A stretch of 64,000 nt of DNA. Source: Auanema rhodensis (taxonomy: Eukaryota; Animalia; Nematoda). Positions 11,901 to 26,924 of the stretch are shown here, piece after piece; positions within the stretch are counted from its first letter, which is position 1, and every line of letters begins with the position of its first letter. The stretch spans positions 4,216,001-4,280,000 of the forward strand of contig OZ059896.1 of assembly GCA_964057225.1 (NCBI GenBank), read 5' to 3'. The notes under the pieces are model-generated. The model was not told the origin of the DNA, did no database searches, and saw nothing but the letters and a program-made list of their open reading frames with translations. The translations under genes were made by a program, and so were the position numbers.

Positions 11901-14900
11901 CACGTGTACATTTAATTAGCATAAATTAAAGTTCACGTAAATTTCAAAGTCATGGTTACCATGCACCAATATCGATAAAAATTTGTTTTTAGACTAATAT
12001 GGACATGGGGAATCTAATTTTGAAAACCGCATCTCTTTATCTTTCACGTGAAGCGAGTTACATACCAAGTGCACATCACGTGTACATTTAATTAGCATAA
12101 ATTAAAGTTCATGTAAATTTCAAAGTCATGGTTACCATGCACCAATATCAATAAAAGTTTGTTTTTAGACTAATATGGACATGGGGAATCTAATTTTGAG
12201 AACCGCATCTCTTTATCTTTCACGTGAAGCGAGTTACATATAAAGTGCACATCACGTGTACATTTAATTAGCATAAATTAAAGTTCACGTAAGTTTCAAA
12301 GTCATGGTTACCATGAACCAATATCAATAAAAATTTGTTTTTAGACTAATATGGACATGGGGAATCTAATTTTGAAAACCGCATCTCTTTATCTTTCACG
12401 TGAAGCGAGTTACATACCAAGTGCACATCACGTGTACATTTAATTAGCATAAATTAAAGTTCACGTAAATTTCAAAGTCATGGTTACCATGAACCAATAT
12501 CAATAAAAATTTGTTTTTAAACTAATATGGACATGGGGAATCTAATTTTTAAAACCGCATTTCTTTATCTTTCAAGTGAAGCGAGTTACATACCAAGTGC
12601 ACATCACGTGTACATTTAATTAGCATAAATTAAAGTTCACGTAAATTTCAAAGTCATGGTTACCATGAACCAATATCAATAAAAATTTGTTTTCAAACTA
12701 ATATGGACATGGGGATTCTAATTTTGAAAACCGCATCTCTTTATCTTTCACGTGAAGCGAGTTACATACCTAGTGCACATCACGTGTACATTTAATTAGC
12801 ATAAATTAAAGTTCACGTAAATTTCAAAGTCATGGTTACCATGAACCAATATCAATAAAAATTTGTTTTTAGACTAATTTGGACATGGGGAATCTAATTT
12901 TGAAAACCGCATCTCTTTATCTTTCAAGTGAAGCGAGTTACATACCAAGTGCACATCACGTGTACATTTAATTAGCATAAATTAAAGTTCACGTAAATTT
13001 CAAAGTCATGGTTACCATGAACCAATATCAATAAAAGTTTGTTTTTAGACTAATATGGACATGGGGAATCTAATTTTGAGAACCGCATCTCTTTATCTTT
13101 CACGTGAAGCGAGTTACATATAAAGTGCACATCACGTGTACATTTAATTAGCATAAATTAAAGTTCACGTAAGTTTCAAAGTCATGGTTACCATGAACCA
13201 ATATCAATAAAAATTTGTTTTTAGACTAATATGGACATGGGGAATCTAATTTTGAAAACCGCATCTCTTTATCTTTCACGTGAAGCGAGTTACATACCAA
13301 GTGCACATCACGTGTACATTTAATTAGCATAAATTAAAGTTCACGTAAATTTCAAAGTCATGGTTACCATGAACCAATATCAATAAAAATTTGTTTTCAA
13401 ACTAATATGGACATGGGGATTCTAATTTTGAAAACCGCATCTCTTTATCTTTCACGTGAAGCGAGTTACATACCTAGTGCACATCACGTGTACATTTAAT
13501 TAGCATAAATTAAAGTTCACGTAAATTTCAAAGTCATGGTTACCATGAACCAATATCAATAAAAATTTGTTTTTAGACTAATTTGGACATGGGGAATCTA
13601 ATTTTGAAAACCGCATCTCTTTATCTTTCAAGTGAAGCGAGTTACATACCAAGTGCACATCACGTGTACATTTAATTAGCATAAATTAAAGTTCACGTAA
13701 ATTTCAAAGTCATGGTTACCATGAACCAATATCAATAAAAATTTGTTTTTAAACTAATATGGACATGGGGAATGTAATTTTGAAAACCGCATCTCTTTAT
13801 CTTTCACGTGAAGCGAGTTACATACCAAGTGCACATCACGTGTACATTTAATTAGCATAAATTAAAGTTCACGTAAATTTCAAACTCATGGTTACCATGC
13901 ACCAATATCAATAAAAATTTGTTTTTAGACTAATATGGACATGGAGAATCTAATTTTGAAAACCGCATCTCTTTATCTTTCACGTGAAGCGAGTTACATA
14001 CCAAGTGCACATCACGTGTACATTTAATTAGCATAAATTAAAGTTCACGTAAATTTCAAACTCATGGTTACCATGCACCAATATCAATAAAAATTTGTTT
14101 TTAGACTAATATGGACATGGAGAATCTATTTTTAAAAACCGCATCTCTTTATCTTTCACGTGAAGCGAGTTACATACCAAGTGCACATCACGTGTACATT
14201 TAATTAGCATAAATTAAAGTTCACGTAAATTTCAAAGTCATGGTTACCATGAACCAATATCAATAAAAATTTGTTTTTAGACTAATATGGACATGGGGAA
14301 TCTAATTTTGAAAACTGCATCTCTTTATCTTTCACGTGAAGCGAGTTACATACCAAGTGCACATCACGTGTACATTTAATTAGCATAAATTAAAGTTCAT
14401 GTAAATTTCAAAGTCATGGTTACCATGCACCAATATCAATAAAAGTTTGTTTTTAGACTAATATGGACATGGGGAATCTAATTTTGAGAACCGCATCTCT
14501 TTATCTTTCACGTGAAGCGAGTTACATATAAAGTGCACATCACGTGTACATTTAATTAGCATAAATTAAAGTTCACGTAAGTTTCAAAGTCATGGTTACC
14601 ATGAACCAATATCAATAAAAATTTGTTTTTAGACTAATATGGACATGGGGAATCTAATTTTGAAAACCGCATCTCTTTATCTTTCACGTGAAGCGAGTTA
14701 CATACCAAGTGCACATCACGTGTACATTTAATTAGCATAAATTAAAGTTCACGTAAATTTCAAAGTCATGGTTACCATGAACCAATATCAATAAAAATTT
14801 GTTTTTAAACTAATATGGACATGGGGAATCTAATTTTTAAAACCGCATTTCTTTATCTTTCAAGTGAAGCGAGTTACATACCAAGTGCACATCACGTGTA

Positions 14901-17900
14901 CATTTAATTAGCATAAATTAAAGTTCACGTAAATTTCAAAGTCATGGTTACCATGAACCAATATCAATAAAAATTTGTTTTCAAACTAATATGGACATGG
15001 GGATTCTAATTTTGAAAACCGCATCTCTTTATCTTTCACGTGAAGCGAGTTACATACCTAGTGCACATCACGTGTACATTTAATTAGCATAAATTAAAGT
15101 TCACGTAAATTTCAAAGTCATGGTTACCATGAACCAATATCAATAAAAATTTGTTTTTACACTAATTTGGACATGGGGAATCTAATTTTGAAAACCGCAT
15201 CTCTTCATCTTTCAAGTGAAGCGAGTTACATACCAAGTGCACATCACGTGTACATTTAATTAGCATAAATTAAAGTTCACGTAAATTTCAAAGTCATGGT
15301 TACCATGCACCAATATCAATAAAAATTTGTTTTTAGACTAATATGGACATGGAGAATCTAATTTTGAGAACCGCATCTCTTTATCTTTCACGTGAAGCGA
15401 GTTACATACCAAGTGCACATCACGTGTACATTTAATTAGCATAAATTAAAGTTCACGTAAATTTCAAACTCATGGTTACCATGCACCAATATCAATAAAA
15501 ATTTGTTTTTAGACTAATATGGACATGGAGAATCTATTTTTAAAAACCGCATCTCTTTATCTTTCACGTGAAGCGAGTTACATACCAAGTGCACATCACG
15601 TGTACATTTAATTAGCATAAATTAAAGTTCACGTAAATTTCAAAGTCATGGTTACCATGAACCAATATCAATAAAAATTTGTTTTTAGACTAATATGGAC
15701 ATGGGGAATCTAATTTTGAAAACTGCATCTCTTTATCTTTCACGTGAAGCGAGTTACATACCAAGTGCACATCACGTGTACATTTAATTAGCATAAATTA
15801 AAGTTCATGTAAATTTCAAAGTCATGGTTACCATGCACCAATATCAATAAAAGTTTGTTTTTAGACTAATATGGACATGGGGAATCTAATTTTGAGAACC
15901 GCATCTCTTTATCTTTCACGTGAAGCGAGTTACATATAAAGTGCACATCACGTGTACATTTAATTAGCATAAATTAAAGTTCACGTAAGTTTCAAAGTCA
16001 TGGTTACCATGAACCAATATCAATAAAAATTTGTTTTTAGACTAATATGGACATGGGGAATCTAATTTTGAAAACCGCATCTCTTTATCTTTCACGTGAA
16101 GCGAGTTACATACCAAGTGCACATCACGTGTACATTTAATTAGCATAAATTAAAGTTCACGTAAATTTCAAAGTCATGGTTACCATGAACCAATATCAAT
16201 AAAAATTTGTTTTTAAACTAATATGGACATGGGGAATCTAATTTTTAAAACCGCATTTCTTTATCTTTCAAGTGAAGCGAGTTACATACCAAGTGCACAT
16301 CACGTGTACATTTAATTAGCATAAATTAAAGTTCACGTAAATTTCAAAGTCATGGTTACCATGAACCAATATCAATAAAAATTTGTTTTCAAACTAATAT
16401 GGACATGGGGATTCTAATTTTGAAAACCGCATCTCTTTATCTTTCACGTGAAGCGAGTTACATACCTAGTGCACATCACGTGTACATTTAATTAGCATAA
16501 ATTAAAGTTCACGTAAATTTCAAAGTCATGGTTACCATGAACCAATATCAATAAAAATTTGTTTTTACACTAATTTGGACATGGGGAATGTAATTTTGAA
16601 AACCGCATCTCTTTATCTTTCACGTGAAGCGAGTTACATACCAAGTGCACATCACGTGTACATTTAATTAGCATAAATTAAAGTTCACGTAAATTTCAAA
16701 CTCATGGTTACCATGCACCAATATCAATAAAAATTTGTTTTTAGACTAATATGGACATGGAGAATCTATTTTTAAAAACCGCATCTCTTTATCTTTCACG
16801 TGAAGCGAGTTACATACCAAGTGCACATCACGTGTACATTTAATTAGCATAAATTAAAGTTCACGTAAATTTCAAAGTCATGGTTACCATGAACCAATAT
16901 CAATAAAAATTTGTTTTTAGACTAATATGGACATGGGGAATCTAATTTTGAAAACTGCATCTCTTTATCTTTCACGTGAAGCGAGTTACATACCAAGTGC
17001 ACATCACGTGTACATTTAATTAGCATAAATTAAAGTTCATGTAAATTTCAAAGTCATGGTTACCATGCACCAATATCAATAAAAGTTTGTTTTTAGACTA
17101 ATATGGACATGGGGAATCTAATTTTGAGAACCGCATCTCTTTATCTTTCACGTGAAGCGAGTTACATATAAAGTGCACATCACGTGTACATTTAATTAGC
17201 ATAAATTAAAGTTCACGTAAGTTTCAAAGTCATGGTTACCATGAACCAATATCAATAAAAATTTGTTTTTAGACTAATATGGACATGGGGAATCTAATTT
17301 TGAAAACCGCATCTCTTTATCTTTCACGTGAAGCGAGTTACATACCAAGTGCACATCACGTGTACATTTAATTAGCATAAATTAAAGTTCACGTAAATTT
17401 CAAAGTCATGGTTACCATGAACCAATATCAATAAAAATTTGTTTTTAAACTAATATGGACATGGGGAATCTAATTTTTAAAACCGCATTTCTTTATCTTT
17501 CAAGTGAAGCGAGTTACATACCAAGTGCACATCACGTGTACATTTAATTAGCATAAATTAAAGTTCACGTAAATTTCAAAGTCATGGTTACCATGAACCA
17601 ATATCAATAAAAATTTGTTTTCAAACTAATATGGACATGGGGATTCTAATTTTGAAAACCGCATCTCTTTATCTTTCACGTGAAGCGAGTTACATACCTA
17701 GTGCACATCACGTGTACATTTAATTAGCATAAATTAAAGTTCACGTAAATTTCAAAGTCATGGTTACCATGAACCAATATCAATAAAAATTTGTTTTTAC
17801 ACTAATTTGGACATGGGGAATGTAATTTTGAAAACCGCATCTCTTTATCTTTCACGTGAAGCGAGTTACATACCAAGTGCACATCACGTGTACATTTAAT

Positions 17901-20900
17901 TAGCATAAATTAAAGTTCACGTAAATTTCAAAGTCATGGTTACCATGAACCAATATCAATAAAAATTTGTTTTTAAACTAATATGGACATGGGGAATCTA
18001 ATTTTGAAAACCGCATCTCTTTATCTTTCACGTGAAGCGAGTTACATACCTAGTGCACATCACGTGTACATTTAATTAGCATAAATTAAAGTTCACGTAA
18101 ATTTCAAAGTCATGGTTACCATGAACCAATATCAATAAAAATTTGTTTTTACACTAATTTGGACATGGGGAATGTAATTTTGAAAACCGCATCTCTTTAT
18201 CTTTCACGTGAAGCGAGTTACATACCAAGTGCACATCACGTGTACATTTAATTAGCATAAATTAAAGTTCACGTAAATTTCAAAGTCATGGTTACCATGA
18301 ACCAATATCAATAAAAATTTGTTTTTAGACTAATATGGACATGGGGAATCTAATTTTGAAAACTGCATCTCTTTATCTTTCACGTGAAGCGAGTTACATA
18401 CCAAGTGCACATCACGTGTACATTTAATTAGCATAAATTAAAGTTCATGTAAATTTCAAAGTCATGGTTACCATGCACCAATATCAATAAAAGTTTGTTT
18501 TTAGACTAATATGGACATGGGGAATCTAATTTTGAGAACCGCATCTCTTTATCTTTCACGTGAAGCGAGTTACATATAAAGTGCACATCACGTGTACATT
18601 TAATTAGCATAAATTAAAGTTCACGTAAATTTCAAATTCATGGTTACCATGAACCAATATCAATAAAAATTTGTTTTCAAACTAATATGGACATGGGGAT
18701 TCTAATTTTGAAAACCGCATCTCTTTATCTTTCACGTGAAGCGAGTTACATACCTAGTGCACATCACGTGTACATTTAATTAGCATAAATTAAAGTTCAC
18801 GTAAATTTCAAAGTCATGGTTACCATGAACCAATATCAATAAAAATTTGTTTTTAGACTAATTTGGACATGGGGAATCTAATTTTGAAAACCGCATCTCT
18901 TTATCTTTCAAGTGAAGCGAGTTACATACCAAGTGCACATCACGTGTACATTTAATTAGCATAAATTAAAGTTCACGTAAATTTCAAAGTCATGGTTACC
19001 ATGAACCAATATCAATAAAAATTTGTTTTTAAACTAATATGGACATGGGGAATGTAATTTTGAAAACCGCATCTCTTTATCTTTCACGTGAAGCGAGTTA
19101 CATACCAAGTGCACATCACGTGTACATTTAATTAGCATAAATTAAAGTTCACGTAAATTTCAAACTCATGGTTACCATGCACCAATATCAATAAAAATTT
19201 GTTTTTAGACTAATATGGACATGGAGAATCTAATTTTGAAAACCGCATCTCTTTATCTTTCACGTGAAGCGAGTTACATACCAAGTGCACATCACGTGTA
19301 CATTTAATTAGCATAAATTAAAGTTCACGTAAATTTCAAACTCATGGTTACCATGCACCAATATCAATAAAAATTTGTTTTTAGACTAATATGGACATGG
19401 AGAATCTATTTTTAAAAACCGCATCTCTTTATCTTTCACGTGAAGCGAGTTACATACCAAGTGCACATCACGTGTACATTTAATTAGCATAAATTTAAGT
19501 TCACGTAAATTTCAAAGTCATGGTTACCATGAACCAATATCAATAAAAATTTGTTTTTAGACTAATATGGACATGGGGAATCTAATTTTGAAAACTGCAT
19601 CTCTTTATCTTTCACGTGAAGCGAGTTACATACCAAGTGCACATCACGTGTACATTTAATTAGCATAAATTAAAGTTCATGTAAATTTCAAAGTCATGGT
19701 TACCATGCACCAATATCAATAAAAGTTTGTTTTTAGACTAATATGGACATGGGGAATCTAATTTTGAGAACCGCATCTCTTTATCTTTCACGTGAAGCGA
19801 GTTACATATAAAGTGCACATCACGTGTACATTTAATTAGCATAAATTAAAGTTCACGTAAGTTTCAAAGTCATGGTTACCATGAACCAATATCAATAAAA
19901 ATTTGTTTTTAGACTAATATGGACATGGGGAATCTAATTTTGAAAACCGCATCTCTTTATCTTTCACGTGAAGCGAGTTACATACCAAGTGCACATCACG
20001 TGTACATTTAATTAGCATAAATTAAAGTTCACGTAAATTTCAAAGTCATGGTTACCATGAACCAATATCAATAAAAATTTGTTTTTAAACTAATATGGAC
20101 ATGGGGAATCTAATTTTTAAAACCGCATTTCTTTATCTTTCAAGTGAAGCGAGTTACATACCAAGTGCACATCACGTGTACATTTAATTAGCATAAATTA
20201 AAGTTCACGTAAATTTCAAAGTCATGGTTACCATGAACCAATATCAATAAAAATTTGTTTTCAAACTAATATGGACATGGGGATTCTAATTTTGAAAACC
20301 GCATCTCTTTATCTTTCACGTGAAGCGAGTTACATACCTAGTGCACATCACGTGTACATTTAATTAGCATAAATTAAAGTTCACGTAAATTTCAAAGTCA
20401 TGGTTACCATGAACCAATATCAATAAAAATTTGTTTTTACACTAATTTGGACATGGGGAATCTAATTTTGAAAACCGCATCTCTTCATCTTTCAAGTGAA
20501 GCGAGTTACATACCAAGTGCACATCACGTGTACATTTAATTAGCATAAATTAAAGTTCACGTAAATTTCAAAGTCATGGTTACCATGCACCAATATCAAT
20601 AAAAATTTGTTTTTAGACTAATATGGACATGGAGAATCTAATTTTGAGAACCGCATCTCTTTATCTTTCACGTGAAGCGAGTTACATACCAAGTGCACAT
20701 CACGTGTACATTTAATTAGCATAAATTAAAGTTCACGTAAATTTCAAACTCATGGTTACCATGCACCAATATCAATAAAAATTTGTTTTTAGACTAATAT
20801 GGACATGGAGAATCTATTTTTAAAAACCGCATCTCTTTATCTTTCACGTGAAGCGAGTTACATACCAAGTGCACATCACGTGTACATTTAATTAGCATAA

Positions 20901-23900
20901 ATTAAAGTTCACGTAAATTTCAAAGTCATGGTTACCATGAACCAATATCAATAAAAATTTGTTTTTAGACTAATATGGACATGGGGAATCTAATTTTGAA
21001 AACTGCATCTCTTTATCTTTCACGTGAAGCGAGTTACATACCAAGTGCACATCACGTGTACATTTAATTAGCATAAATTAAAGTTCATGTAAATTTCAAA
21101 GTCATGGTTACCATGCACCAATATCAATAAAAGTTTGTTTTTAGACTAATATGGACATGGGGAATCTAATTTTGAGAACCGCATCTCTTTATCTTTCACG
21201 TGAAGCGAGTTACATATAAAGTGCACATCACGTGTACATTTAATTAGCATAAATTAAAGTTCACGTAAGTTTCAAAGTCATGGTTACCATGAACCAATAT
21301 CAATAAAAATTTGTTTTTAGACTAATATGGACATGGGGAATCTAATTTTGAAAACCGCATCTCTTTATCTTTCACGTGAAGCGAGTTACATACCAAGTGC
21401 ACATCACGTGTACATTTAATTAGCATAAATTAAAGTTCACGTAAATTTCAAAGTCATGGTTACCATGAACCAATATCAATAAAAATTTGTTTTTAAACTA
21501 ATATGGACATGGGGAATCTAATTTTTAAAACCGCATTTCTTTATCTTTCAAGTGAAGCGAGTTACATACCAAGTGCACATCACGTGTACATTTAATTAGC
21601 ATAAATTAAAGTTCACGTAAATTTCAAAGTCATGGTTACCATGAACCAATATCAATAAAAATTTGTTTTCAAACTAATATGGACATGGGGATTCTAATTT
21701 TGAAAACCGCATCTCTTTATCTTTCACGTGAAGCGAGTTACATACCTAGTGCACATCACGTGTACATTTAATTAGCATAAATTAAAGTTCACGTAAATTT
21801 CAAAGTCATGGTTACCATGAACCAATATCAATAAAAATTTGTTTTTACACTAATTTGGACATGGGGAATGTAATTTTGAAAACCGCATCTCTTTATCTTT
21901 CACGTGAAGCGAGTTACATACCAAGTGCACATCACGTGTACATTTAATTAGCATAAATTAAAGTTCACGTAAATTTCAAAGTCATGGTTACCATGAACCA
22001 ATATCAATAAAAATTTGTTTTTAAACTAATATGGACATGGGGAATCTAATTTTTAAAACCGCATTTCTTTATCTTTCAAGTGAAGCGAGTTACATACCAA
22101 GTGCACATCACGTGTACATTTAATTAGCATAAATTAAAGTTCACGTAAATTTCAAAGTCATGGTTACCATGAACCAATATCAATAAAAATTTGTTTTTAA
22201 ACTAATATGGACATGGGGAATCTAATTTTTAAAACCGCATTTCTTTATCTTTCAAGTGAAGCGAGTTACATACCAAGTGCACATCACGTGTACATTTAAT
22301 TAGCATAAATTAAAGTTCACGTAAATTTCAAAGTCATGGTTACCATGAACCAATATCAATAAAAATTTGTTTTCAAACTAATATGGACATGGGGATTCTA
22401 ATTTTGAAAACCGCATCTCTTTATCTTTCACGTGAAGCGAGTTACATACCTAGTGCACATCACGTGTACATTTAATTAGCATAAATTAAAGTTCACGTAA
22501 ATTTCAAAGTCATGGTTACCATGAACCAATATCAATAAAAATTTGTTTTTAGACTAATTTGGACATGGGGAATCTAATTTTGAAAACCGCATCTCTTTAT
22601 CTTTCAAGTGAAGCGAGTTACATACCAAGTGCACATCACGTGTACATTTAATTAGCATAAATTAAAGTTCACGTAAATTTCAAAGTCATGGTTACCATGA
22701 ACCAATATCAATAAAAGTTTGTTTTTAGACTAATATGGACATGGGGAATCTAATTTTGAGAACCGCATCTCTTTATCTTTCACGTGAAGCGAGTTACATA
22801 TAAAGTGCACATCACGTGTACATTTAATTAGCATAAATTAAAGTTCACGTAAGTTTCAAAGTCATGGTTACCATGAACCAATATCAATAAAAATTTGTTT
22901 TTAGACTAATATGGACATGGGGAATCTAATTTTGAAAACCGCATCTCTTTATCTTTCACGTGAAGCGAGTTACATACCAAGTGCACATCACGTGTACATT
23001 TAATTAGCATAAATTAAAGTTCACGTAAATTTCAAAGTCATGGTTACCATGAACCAATATCAATAAAAATTTGTTTTCAAACTAATATGGACATGGGGAT
23101 TCTAATTTTGAAAACCGCATCTCTTTATCTTTCACGTGAAGCGAGTTACATACCTAGTGCACATCACGTGTACATTTAATTAGCATAAATTAAAGTTCAC
23201 GTAAATTTCAAAGTCATGGTTACCATGAACCAATATCAATAAAAATTTGTTTTTAGACTAATTTGGACATGGGGAATCTAATTTTGAAAACCGCATCTCT
23301 TTATCTTTCAAGTGAAGCGAGTTACATACCAAGTGCACATCACGTGTACATTTAATTAACATAAATTAAAGTTCACGTAAATTTCAAAGTCATGGTTACC
23401 ATGAACCAATATCAATAAAAATTTGTTTTTAAACTAATATGGACATGGGGAATGTAATTTTGAAAACCGCATCTCTTTATCTTTCACGTGAAGCGAGTTA
23501 CATACCAAGTGCACATCACGTGTACATTTAATTAGCATAAATTAAAGTTCACGTAAATTTCAAACTCATGGTTACCATGCACCAATATCAATAAAAATTT
23601 GTTTTTAGACTAATATGGACATGGAGAATCTAATTTTGAAAACCGCATCTCTTTATCTTTCACGTGAAGCGAGTTACATACCAAGTGCACATCACGTGTA
23701 CATTTAATTAGCATAAATTAAAGTTCACGTAAATTTCAAACTCATGGTTACCATGCACCAATATCAATAAAAATTTGTTTTTAGACTAATATGGACATGG
23801 AGAATCTATTTTTAAAAACCGCATCTCTTTATCTTTCACGTGAAGCGAGTTACATACCAAGTGCACATCACGTGTACATTTAATTAGCATAAATTAAAGT

Positions 23901-26396
23901 TCACGTAAATTTCAAAGTCATGGTTACCATGAACCAATATCAATAAAAATTTGTTTTTAGACTAATATGGACATGGGGAATCTAATTTTGAAAACTGCAT
24001 CTCTTTATCTTTCACGTGAAGCGAGTTACATACCAAGTGCACATCACGTGTACATTTAATTAGCATAAATTAAAGTTCATGTAAATTTCAAAGTCATGGT
24101 TACCATGCACCAATATCAATAAAAGTTTGTTTTTAGACTAATATGGACATGGGGAATCTAATTTTGAGAACCGCATCTCTTTATCTTTCACGTGAAGCGA
24201 GTTACATATAAAGTGCACATCACGTGTACATTTAATTAGCATAAATTAAAGTTCACGTAAGTTTCAAAGTCATGGTTACCATGAACCAATATCAATAAAA
24301 ATTTGTTTTTAGACTAATATGGACATGGGGAATCTAATTTTGAAAACCGCATCTCTTTATCTTTCACGTGAAGCGAGTTACATACCAAGTGCACATCACG
24401 TGTACATTTAATTAGCATAAATTAAAGTTCACGTAAATTTCAAAGTCATGGTTACCATGAACCAATATCAATAAAAATTTGTTTTTAAACTAATATGGAC
24501 ATGGGGAATCTAATTTTTAAAACCGCATTTCTTTATCTTTCAAGTGAAGCGAGTTACATACCAAGTGCACATCACGTGTACATTTAATTAGCATAAATTA
24601 AAGTTCACGTAAATTTCAAAGTCATGGTTACCATGAACCAATATCAATAAAAATTTGTTTTCAAACTAATATGGACATGGGGATTCTAATTTTGAAAACC
24701 GCATCTCTTTATCTTTCACGTGAAGCGAGTTACATACCTAGTGCACATCACGTGTACATTTAATTAGCATAAATTAAAGTTCACGTAAATTTCAAAGTCA
24801 TGGTTACCATGAACCAATATCAATAAAAATTTGTTTTTACACTAATTTGGACATGGGGAATCTAATTTTGAAAACCGCATCTCTTCATCTTTCAAGTGAA
24901 GCGAGTTACATACCAAGTGCACATCACGTGTACATTTAATTAGCATAAATTAAAGTTCACGTAAATTTCAAAGTCATGGTTACCATGCACCAATATCAAT
25001 AAAAATTTGTTTTTAGACTAATATGGACATGGAGAATCTAATTTTGAGAACCGCATCTCTTTATCTTTCACGTGAAGCGAGTTACATACCAAGTGCACAT
25101 CACGTGTACATTTAATTAGCATAAATTAAAGTTCACGTAAATTTCAAACTCATGGTTACCATGCACCAATATCAATAAAAATTTGTTTTTAGACTAATAT
25201 GGACATGGAGAATCTATTTTTAAAAACCGCATCTCTTTATCTTTCACGTGAAGCGAGTTACATACCAAGTGCACATCACGTGTACATTTAATTAGCATAA
25301 ATTAAAGTTCACGTAAATTTCAAAGTCATGGTTACCATGAACCAATATCAATAAAAATTTGTTTTTAGACTAATATGGACATGGGGAATCTAATTTTGAA
25401 AACTGCATCTCTTTATCTTTCACGTGAAGCGAGTTACATACCAAGTGCACATCACGTGTACATTTAATTAGCATAAATTAAAGTTCATGTAAATTTCAAA
25501 GTCATGGTTACCATGCACCAATATCAATAAAAGTTTGTTTTTAGACTAATATGGACATGGGGAATCTAATTTTGAGAACCGCATCTCTTTATCTTTCACG
25601 TGAAGCGAGTTACATATAAAGTGCACATCACGTGTACATTTAATTAGCATAAATTAAAGTTCACGTAAGTTTCAAAGTCATGGTTACCATGAACCAATAT
25701 CAATAAAAATTTGTTTTTAGACTAATATGGACATGGGGAATCTAATTTTGAAAACCGCATCTCTTTATCTTTCACGTGAAGCGAGTTACATACCAAGTGC
25801 ACATCACGTGTACATTTAATTAGCATAAATTAAAGTTCACGTAAATTTCAAAGTCATGGTTACCATGAACCAATATCAATAAAAATTTGTTTTTAAACTA
25901 ATATGGACATGGGGAATCTAATTTTTAAAACCGCATTTCTTTATCTTTCAAGTGAAGCGAGTTACATACCAAGTGCACATCACGTGTACATTTAATTAGC
26001 ATAAATTAAAGTTCACGTAAATTTCAAAGTCATGGTTACCATGAACCAATATCAATAAAAATTTGTTTTCAAACTAATATGGACATGGGGATTCTAATTT
26101 TGAAAACCGCATCTCTTTATCTTTCACGTGAAGCGAGTTACATACCTAGTGCACATCACGTGTACATTTAATTAGCATAAATTAAAGTTCACGTAAATTT
26201 CAAAGTCATGGTTACCATGAACCAATATCAATAAAAATTTGTTTTTACACTAATTTGGACATGGGGAATGTAATTTTGAAAACCGCATCTCTTTATCTTT
26301 CACGTGAAGCGAGTTACATACCAAGTGCACATCACGTGTACATTTAATTAGCATAAATTAAAGTTCACGTAAATTTCAAACTCATGGTTACCATGC
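8973..26396. repeat. Array domain B: variable-length HOR (4-9 monomers, mode 8 = 1408 bp) built on an S-C-R-P-Q core
   Basis: Marker monomer S (AAGTTTG, GAGAACC, TATAAAG, usually GTAAGTT) starts at 8973, 9853, 11437, 12141, 13021, 14429, 15837, 17069, 18477, 19709, 21117, 22701, 24109, 25517. Spacings are 5,9,4,5,8,8,7,8,7,8,9,8,8 monomers. Most junctions read CCATGAACC rather than CCATGCACC. Confidence 0.9.
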
Positions 26397-26924
26397 ACCA
26401 ATATCAATAAAAATTTGTTTTTAGACTAATATGGACATGGAGAATCTAATTTTTAAAACCGCATCTCTTTATCTTTCACGTGAAGCGAGTTACATACCAA
26501 GTGCACATCACGTGTACATTTAATTAGCATAAATTAAAGTTCACGTAAATTTCAAACTCATGGTTACCATGCACCAATATCAATAAAAATTTGTTTTTAG
26601 ACTAATATGGACATGGAGAATCTAATTTTGAAAACCGCATCTCTTTATCTTTCACGTGAAGCGAGTTACATACCAAGTGCACATCACGTGTACATTTAAT
26701 TAGCATAAATTAAAGTTCACGTAAATTTCAAAGTCATGGTTACCATGCACCAATATCAATAAAATTTTGTTTTTAGACTAATATGGACATGGGGAATCTA
26801 ATTTTGAAAACCGCATCTCTTTATCTTTCACGTGAAGCGAGTTACATACCAAGTGCACATCACGTGTACATTTAATTAGCATAAGTTAAAGTTCACGTAA
26901 AATTCAAAGTCATGGTTACCATGC

